A stretch of DNA of 64,000 nucleotides from the human T2T-CHM13v2.0 reference genome, Homo sapiens: assembly GCF_009914755.1 (NCBI RefSeq), contig NC_060925.1. One strand, written 5' to 3'. Below are positions 55,132 through 64,000 of the stretch, piece after piece. The notes beneath the pieces are model-generated. The model ran no database searches, had not been told where the DNA came from, and worked only from the letters and a program-made list of their open reading frames with translations. A program made the translations under genes and the position numbers. Every line of letters starts with the position of its first letter. The first letter of the stretch is position 1.

Positions 55132-55693
55132 GTCTCAGATCTCCCACGTCTCAAGTCTTTTTTGAAGTCAGGCCCTAGTGCTTAATTGCCACACCACTCT
55201 GTGGATTGAGATTAGGTGTGAGGAGAGAGACAGAACATAGATTCCACAGACTCGTAATTTTGCTGGGTTCTCTCACTAAACCCCAGGAAGTATGTAGGTA
55301 GATTGTTAAGGCTGAGACCTTCTTAATATTAGGGCCGTTGAGCAGCCACAGTGGTTGGTGTGTGGTGCAGTTTTAAAAGTATGTCTCATCTCCTGTAGCA
55401 AGTCATTCAGGAAGTGTTGGTGGGGTATCAAAGAGCAATCAGGCAGTGGGGGTGGTGGGTAGGCAAAGCTGGGGGAAGCTGTTATTTGTGCTGCTGGTGT
55501 TGTTGGCAAGAATACTTTGCTTGCTGGAAAAGGCAAAGGGGTTGCACATGTTTAAGATGAAGATTCTGCCACCTTCAAACACTCCAACTGTGCTCTGAGA
55601 GAAGCAGCTGCAAAACCATTGCATGCAGTGGAAAGATAGGGAGGCAGAAGGTGTAGGTGCAAGTACTTCTACTTATGAACTGGACAACCTTAA

Positions 55694-55998
<305 letters not shown>

Positions 55999-56616
55999 TC
56001 ACAAAACCTTTCTGAACCTCAGTTTCTTCATCCATAGAATGAAAATAATAATTATGCTATTTGTCCTGTTTGGTGAGCAGCAAATGATGTAATATGAGTA
56101 GAAATGCTTTGCTGATCATCAAGGTAAAATAAATGTTAGTTATTTCTGGAGTTGATACTGATATATTAACATTCATCGTATGTTCTTTATCATCACTTCA
56201 ACAATTGGTACATGCCCTTTGGGCCTGCCCTAGGCCACCCTTATGTTGGCGTTGGTGATGCCGGGGCCATACTGGAGCATATATCAAAAGCCATTTTTAA
56301 GGGCTAATTCAAGTAAAGCCTGGAGGGACAGTTTCAGGTACCCTGGATAGACTTTATTCTGCTCTTAAAAGATTTTAAGATTTAAAAGAAAGAGTGTCCA
56401 TATCAATCAATCCCAATATTTATTTTTCTGGGTGCTAAAGGGACTCTAACATTATGTTATCACTGGAAGTGACCTTAGTAAAATCTAATTTCAGAGATAA
56501 CTTGTGGCACAAAAACATCTTGAGGACTTACCATGAAATGCACTATGCTAGTCTATGGCAAAGACAGATTCTCTGCCTTTCGGGGGGAATTTGATACCCG
56601 GTTAGGGAAATAAGAT

Positions 56617-56669
56617 ACACACACACACACACACACACACACGCACGCACGCACGCACGCACACACACA
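56617..56669. repeat. Compound (CA)n(CGCA)n(CA)n microsatellite
   Basis: Direct reading. Confidence 0.95.
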
Positions 56670-57464
56670 ATTCTCCTTTGCAATATGAGATAGTGAATAA
56701 TAAATTCAAGTGAATGGTAGAAACAGTGATTACGGTAGGAATTCTAAGAAGGGAGGGATTGCTGAGCTGTAGTGGTTAGAAAAAACATCTCAAAGAAAGT
56801 AGAATTTGAGGAGGATTTTGAAGGCTGAATAGAATTCTACTTGATGGAAAGGGAAAGGAGGGGTGTCTCAAGTCCTCGGATCCTGAACAAAAGTTTAGAA
56901 GCAGAACCTGTGATGTTAATTGGATGAATATAGATTTGCATATCAGAGTGGGGAGAGGTACAGCTGGAGATACAAATTAGGTTTAGATTTGAGACAGCCT
57001 TGAGTTTGAGGTCTCCATCAGAGGCAGAGGGGAACTATTAAGGTTTTTGCGAGTGAAGATTAAAATAATGTTTTAGTCATTGTAATGTAGTAATGATGTG
57101 TGGGGAGGAAAACAGGAAGGAGAGGCTGCATCAGAGAGGCCATTTAGGGATACTGTAGTCTTCTGGGCATGAACCAGGGGACGATAATGGGAATGGAAAG
57201 GAAGGGCTGGATTTGATGATAACACAAAGAAAGGCAAGAAATAAAGAGGCATCTGCTAGAATTCAATTGTTCATCAATATATTTTGAGTTTCTACTTTAT
57301 GTCATTGAAAAACTCATAAAGTTTATGATGGAAAGAAGTCAAAGGGGGAAGAAAGTTTAGTGTTAGAAATATTAAACTTCAGATGATGGTGGACCATGTA
57401 AGTAAGCTCTTGGAATGATGGAAGATAAGGAGAGAGAATGGACTTGAAGTATTATTTGGGGCAC

Positions 57465-58265
57465 TGTGGCAGAATCTGCTAGCTGTTTTCCAATATTTGT
57501 TCCCTCCTTCATTCTTATTAATAGAATCACTAATTTTTAGCAGGGCATAGAGCCACCCAGAGTAAAGACTATATTGTCCTGCTTTCTTCTAGCTAACGTT
57601 GGTCATATGACTAAGTTCAGCCCAACAGAATAAAAATGGAAGTGTTGTATATGACTTCTGTGTCTTTAAGAAGAGTGGGAACCTGGCATGGTGGCTCACA
57701 TCTGTAATCCCAACACTTTGGGAGGCCAAGGCAGGTGGATCGCTTGAGTCCAGGAGTGCGAGACCAGCCTGGGTAACATGGCAAAACCCTGTCTCTACAA
57801 AAAAGTACAAAATATACCTGGGCATGATGGTGCACACCTGTAGTCCCAGCTGCCCAGGAGGCTGAGATGAAAGGATCACCTGAGCCCAAGGGGGTCAAGG
57901 TTGCAGTAAGCCAAGACCACACCACTGCACTCCAGCCTGGGTGACAGAGTGAGACCCTGTCTCAGAAGAAAACCAATAAATAAATAAATACATAAAAAGA
58001 GGGAAATTTGCTGTTTTCATCTCTTCCTTGCTTTTGCAGGCCAGAAGGTCATGACAGCTGGATCTTAGACAGACATTCTGAGTCATGAGGAGGAAGCCAA
58101 GTTCTGAGGATGGTGGAGCAGGAAGATAGAAGTTGGAACCCCAATGACCTTGTGAACTATTCTACTGACTGTGAACTGCCAACTCCGCACTTTTTTACAT
58201 GAGCAAGAAATAAACCTCTTTCTTGTTTAAGCCATTCTTATTTTAGTGTCTCTGGTACTTACTGT
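57465..58265. mobile_element. MaLR LTR (MLT1I/J-like) interrupted by a plus-strand AluJ (~57684-57995)
   Basis: tgtggcaga...ggtcatatgactaagttc...aaataaacctc...gtttaagcca pattern with an Alu dimer inside. Confidence 0.75.
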
Positions 58266-60987
58266 AACACTGAAATCCAGCGGGTTTAGAGATCATCCAC
58301 AGAAATGGCGTGGGTGAAGGAGAGGAGGGTCATTCAGGAAGAGTAAGCCTGAAGTCCACGACTGAGCCCTGCGAGAGTGCTCACATTTATAGAAGAGACA
58401 CCATCAAAAGAAACAGAAGAGACCAAGCAGTAAGAGTGCAAGAGAGGCACCAATAGTGGGCCATATCACAGAGAGGAGAAAGAGTCTCAAGGAGGAGATT
58501 GCCACTGATGTCTAATGATTCAGCGTTCAACGGGATAAAGACTGAAAATGGCCCTGGGTTTGCCCGTTACGAGGTTATTGATGGCCTTTGAGAATGTAGT
58601 ACAAGTAAGACAACTCGACGGAAGGCCAGAGTCTAGGGGACTGACAGAGTAGGTGGTAAAGCATGGAGGAAAAACTTGACAGTGAAAGAAGGGTGATGAG
58701 ATAGGACAGTAGCTAGAAGGTCAGGTGAAACTAATTTATTTTTGTTTTAAAATAGAAGAGACTGGGGGCTGGGGGGGAGGAGCTAGGGAGGGTAAGCAGA
58801 GAGAGATGTCCCCAGTGGGCCTGCTCTAGGTTAGATGCTCCTGCTCATGGCCTCTCTGGAACTCCAGGTTTCCCTCTCATAGCACTTGCCACATTGTGTG
58901 GTGGTCATCAATCTGCGTGTCTGTGTTCTGGACACTGTGAATGACTGAGTCCAGGGGCCTTGCCTTAAACCTCTGGTATGCAGAACAGCACAAGATACAC
59001 AGGCTACTAATGCTTGTCATGGAACAAAAGATGGAAAGGAAAGGGCAGGCAGTGGAAGCTGTAGATTTAAGGAGGGTCACACCCTCACCTGAAGTGGAAA
59101 GGGGAAAGGAAAGGATAAGTGAAAGAGCAAAGGTATTTTGAGATGTTATTAAAGACGGTGATAGGAAGAGGCTGCTTGGTGAAGTAGAGTGAGCATAGAT
59201 TTGAGCCAGGTGGGCTTGTGCTCATGTTCAATCCCTGACATTTGCTGAGGCCCTGATCTTACTTGACTACAAGATGGGCTATAATAATGCCTGCCTTATA
59301 GAATTGTTTTGAGGACACATAGAAGGTGCTTAATACACAGTGGACATTTTGGAATAGATAGGATAAAATGGAAGATAGTCATTCTTGGTGGCCTTCATCT
59401 CTTCAGTAATGTAGGAGGGGAGACTAACTGGCAACAGTGAGGAGGCAAGAGTGGGACCAGCTAGGAGGTATACAGACTAAAGGTGCAGATTTTGAATCTA
59501 GGAATATTTGAACGTAGCTGTGTTATCTTGAGAAAATTATTGAAATTCACTGTTCCTCAGGTGCCTCATCTGTAAAGTGTGGATAATTATTAAATGCAAT
59601 TGCGAAGATAAAGCACTTAGCACAATGCCTGGCACATATAAATGGTAGTTGCTATTATTTTGGTGAATGTAAAAATTGGGGGGGGGAATGTTACTATAAG
59701 GAACACCATAGGGAGTCAACAAGAGATTGATGAAGGGGATCAAGTGTTTGCTAACTACCCTTGAGAGCCCAGTGAAGAAGTGGTAACCCACATTTACAAC
59801 CTTTTCCAAAGAGTGTGATTTCGTGACCTTCTTATGCCAGAACACAAATGGGAAAGGTAGGAGAAAGGCCATACCTCCAGAGGAGAAGCAAAGGCAAGAA
59901 AAGGCTGAAACCCTGGGGTGCAGGCTTAGATGGAAAAACCTGTTCACTGTGACTCTTAGGTAGCTATGGCAAAGAGGGAGCCCAAGACTCAGGGAGCAGG
60001 ATGACCAGTGTTGAAAGAGATCACTGAGGACTGGTTGCTCACTGGAGGTTGCCTTCCCCTCCTGGATTGGGCTGGGGCACCCTTCCCAATGCAATACACC
60101 TTTCTGTGTCTAAGATGATAACCCTGTTTCCCTGGATGATCCTAGGGATATGGATGGATTTTACAAATGTACATTTCATGGTTAGGCAGCTCAAAGCCAC
60201 TGACTAGAAGAAGACAATAGGGATCGTGAGAAAAAGAAGAATATTTGAAAAAACAAAAAACAAATAGAAAAGAATCAGAAACCCATATATATAGATTGTA
60301 TAAAGATTGTTGAGGTATGAGGCTTTTAACTCATGAGAGGAAAATTCTTCAAGGCTGGGCAAGCAACACTTACTGATGTTTTGGGTGGAATCCAAAGTCA
60401 AATATGGATGACAATGGAGAGGTTATATAGACCTAAAACCCCATAATTCTCCTTAGTTTCTATTAAAAATGAACACAGTGTACCCTTGGAGTCTGGGGAG
60501 CTCTCTATTCTCCTTTCATAATCTTAACCATCACTACTAGGCTCTGCCTGATCTTCCCCTACTTCCCTACTCCAACCACATCAGCTCCCTCTGTTCTGTA
60601 AACAGGCCAAGGGCACTTTGCCTTAGAGCTTTTGCACCTGTTGTTCTCCTCTTTTCCTACCACACTCTTTTCAGCAGTCCCCCACTTTGTTCAGGGTTTT
60701 CTCCCAACATCATCTCATTAGAAAGAGCTTTCCTGGTCACTGTGCCTAAAACAGCAATCCCCACCCCATCCTTCTCTCTTGCCTTGCCTTACTATCCTTC
60801 TCTTCACTGCAGTTATCACCACTAAAGCATTGCCTGTGCTTATTTATTGATTGTCTCCCAACCCATCCCCTCAATACACTGCTACTATAATGCAATTATC
60901 AAGAATGTGAGTCTTTGTCTGTTTCAATCACTACTGTTCCTCCAAGAACTAGTGGATGATTATTAAATGTTTGTTGAAAAAATGAAC

Positions 60988-61228
60988 ACCAGCCTGGGAA
61001 ACACAATGAGATCCCATCTCTATGAAAAAGAAAATAAAAAAAAATTAGTCAGGCATGGTAATGCATGCCTGTAGTCTCAGCTACTTGGGAGGCTGAGACA
61101 GGAGGATCACTTGAGCCTGGGAAGTCAAGGCTGCCATGAACCACGATTGTGCTACTGCCCTCCAGCCTGGGTGACAGGGCAAGACTCTGTCTCAAAACAA
61201 AAAACAAAAACAAACAAAAAAAAACAAA
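60988..61228 (+). mobile_element. 5'-truncated AluJ with an (AAAAAC)n tail
   Basis: accagcctggg...right monomer...ctctgtctcaaaacaaaaaac. Confidence 0.85.
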
Positions 61229-61469
61229 GCTTTTTTTTTTTTGCAACTGACTCAATTAATCTTTTCCAACAATAGAAAAACAAGGCAGAAAATCTCAGCA
61301 AGAGAAAGAGTGAAGGCAAGAGAGGACTCTTTACTGATCTCTGGGTCTTGATGTGAAAGGTCAAGTATTTAAACTGATTATTAACAAGAATCAGATGGCT
61401 AACTGCAATTTCTTTCTATATTCTATACTGTTTGTGAAGAAAATTTTTTAGATCCACAAAATGGGGACC

Positions 61470-62010
61470 CACAGCATAGTTAGTAAAAGTGTCCTGAATC
61501 AGGGATTAGGAAACATGTTTGAGTCTAGGGTCTGTTGTTGACTAGCTAAATGACCATGAATGTCACTTACTTGCTAAGTCAGAGGGTTCTAGTTGGTAAA
61601 AGAAATAAAACAGAGCTGTCCTGCCACTTTGAGGAATTATTAGGATTAAATGACATGAGGGTGCTCTCAAGTGTGTGTACTAATGGAGGAGAGTCTAGTG
61701 GTCCTAAGGAGAGCCTTGCCTTGTGGAATCACCTGTATGTCACCATGGGTTAGTCACTGAGACCTAGCCTGCCTGGGCTAGAATCCTGGCTCTGTCAGGG
61801 ACTGGCCATGAACCCCAGGGAAAGTCAGTAACCTCTCTGTGCCTCAGTTTCCTCAGCTTTAAAATGAAGGTAATATTAGCACATTGGTGAAGGTAATAGT
61901 AGCACAATATTTGACCTCATAAAAATATTATGAGGGTTAAATGAATTGATATTTGTAGACCTCTTAGAATAGTGCCTGGCATATACTAGGCACTATATAT
62001 GTTTGCTATG
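61470..62010. mobile_element. Two MIR elements
   Basis: acctctctgtgcctcagtttcctc...taaaatg and agaatagtgcctggcata motifs. Confidence 0.7.
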
Positions 62011-62591
62011 TAAAACAAATAAACATCTTCAAAGAGACTAAAATAACACCTCAGACAACTACGAAGGGAAAAATTAGAGTTGGGGTATTGGGGAGATGTT
62101 AAAGTCAGCAAGTAGCTATTAATAAGAGTGGAAATGGGGAAGACTGCACAGTTGCTTAACAGACACCTCCACCCCCTTACTTTCTTAGGATCCTCCAGAC
62201 AAACATTTCTTGTTCTTTTTTTGTGGCACTAGCTAAACTTCCCCTCCTCTTCTCCACCCACTGCCTCCTAGAGTCAAAAAGTGGGGGTGGAACATCGCTG
62301 AGTATTGTAGGTCTGGGAGAGTGACCAGAGGTAGCTTTAGCATGTGGTGCCCAAAAGAGAGTCCATTATAACTGCTCACACTGAGTGAAGGGACATAGAG
62401 GGGAAGAGGAAGCACAGGGCTGGGCAGGCAGAAATTTTGTGTCATTCTCCAAAGCGACGGAAAGTCCTTCATCATGAGGTTTTAAGAAAAAGGAACCTAC
62501 TACCCCCATGCAATAGTACATTGTTTTCCCCTGGGAGTTTTACTTTATATCACCTTTATTGGGATTTAGGTTTACTTGAATCAGTTCCTTC

Positions 62592-62593
<2 letters not shown>

Positions 62594-62627
<34 letters not shown>
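62594..62627. repeat. (CA)n microsatellite
   Basis: Direct reading. Confidence 0.95.
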
Positions 62628-62631
<4 letters not shown>

Positions 62632-63739
62632 CTCAAAACAGACATGAGATCATAGCCATCCGTTTTAACATTGCTGCCCTCTATTAGCGTGTACTTGAAC
62701 ACTGAGTATAACAAAGGAAACAAGAGTACCTAGTCAGTTCCACCTATATCAGCCCCCAGCTGATTGCTCATACCTCTTTCCAAGTTTCACATAGATGAGC
62801 CCAGTGATCTCCAAACTTACAGGTCCATCCCTTTCCTAAGGTCCAAGACAAGAAAGGTTTGATTTAGGAATACTCCAGTAGCCTGAATGGCTTGGCACTG
62901 ACCATCAGGCTCCTGTTGCGAAGGTGCTCTGGCTGCCTTGTTGGCCTCCATATTGATCTCCAGGACTGCTTCAAGCACTTGGAGCTGACAAGGTAGGCCT
63001 CCACTGCCTTCCACTGAAGGCCTGAGTTATCACAGGGGGAACAGCTTCCCACCCTCTGTTTGGAAGCTGGGTTTTTGATAAGCAGTTTTACCCATATGTA
63101 ATATATTTCCATTTCTATAACTGGATTTCTGCTTTTGAGCCCTTTTCTGAATGTCTGTGGTAGTCATCTGCTTAAATCTCATTCTAATACAGAGGCCTTG
63201 TCCTTATCTTGAAGACCCCTCAATGCAAGGACTTCAGATCAGTGGCAGGTTGTTTTGTCAGCATACTTCCACAGGTATGCTTCCTGTCTCTGAGCCCCAG
63301 GATGATGGTTGGGGTCCAGTTACCCATAGTGAGCCCACTCATTTCTTAGAATTTTAGGTCTCAACTGCTGAAATGCCCATGACCATGTTTAACATCCAAC
63401 AAGACATCAACATCATGCTGATATTGGACTTTTATTTGTTTAAAGAAACTAATTCAAATCACATTTGAATAATATTAAAGTGAACGGTATTTGAAATATG
63501 TCTGGAGATGGTTGTTTGCTTGGGTATTCTGCCTCACTGCCCTGCCTAAACTTCCGTTATTGGCAAGGACCTGCCAACAGCTCCTTCCTCCTCTGTGGGT
63601 GGGTATAGAGAAAGGCACAGATTCTATCCGAATAATCCTGTCTTGACAGAAATAAATAAATCATCACTCTTTACTGACATATTCCCAAACATTAATAGTA
63701 GGGAGAGTAATTTACTCCACTTCAGCATCAATGTGGGTG

Positions 63740-63975
63740 GAGGCAGCATGACTCAGAGGTGAAGTCTAAGGACTCTGAAGCTTAAATTCTACTTCTTTCA
63801 CTTTTTGGTTAAGTGGCCTTTGACTCTCTGTGTATCAATGCTTTCATCTGTATATGTGCACATAAACCGTATCTATCTCATAGTGTATTGTAAGGATTAA
63901 ACAAAATAATAACTGTAGGCTACTTAGAGTAATGCTGAATATGCAGTGATTGCTCCATAAATGGTTATTTATTAC
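63740..63975. mobile_element. MIR
   Basis: ggcagcatg...ctctgtgtatcaatgctttcatctgta...attgtaaggattaaa pattern. Confidence 0.65.
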
Positions 63976-64000
63976 TATTATTGATGGGAGATAAGACAGG

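Noticed and set aside
59537-60094. 185-aa minus-strand ORF
   Set aside because: No recognisable domain, non-ATG start, and it runs into a MIR at its 3' end within CD84 intron 1; most likely chance.
61195-61242. A-tract, AAAGCTTT, T-tract palindrome resembling a terminator hairpin
   Set aside because: An Alu A-rich tail abutting a T-run; low complexity, with no evidence of function.

Overview
This is primate, almost certainly human, genomic DNA from the SLAM-family receptor cluster (1q23). Two genes lie in tandem on the minus strand. The first is CD84/SLAMF5: the IgV exon, IgC2 exon, transmembrane exon with two alternative donors, a 33-nt optional exon, three cytoplasmic exons and a ~7 kb 3'UTR ending near 28190. 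Its signal-peptide exon is beyond the right edge of the window. The second is SLAMF6: only the first coding exon (MLWLFQSLLFVFCFGPG, 10229-10277) and a very compact promoter; the rest of the gene lies to the left. Much of the window is transposon-derived: three long decayed L1PA elements, older L1M pieces, an old SVA, about a dozen Alus, MaLR/ERVL LTRs, hAT DNA transposons and MIR/L2 fragments. Most ORFs in the supplied track are fragments or antisense frames of these repeats. I see no prokaryotic-type system (CRISPR, operon) and cannot claim a new biological system. The best-supported observations are two L1 3' transductions (one just upstream of the SLAMF6 promoter), a templated-insertion repair scar and a perfect 64-bp duplication inside an old L1. 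Candidate regulatory elements are a GATA/E-box/ETS/RUNX enhancer and a CTCF site. A fossil LY9-like cytoplasmic exon extension in a CD84 intron is more speculative. Gene and repeat names come from recalled sequences, not a search. Repeat subfamily names and boundaries without a target-site duplication (TSD) are approximate.
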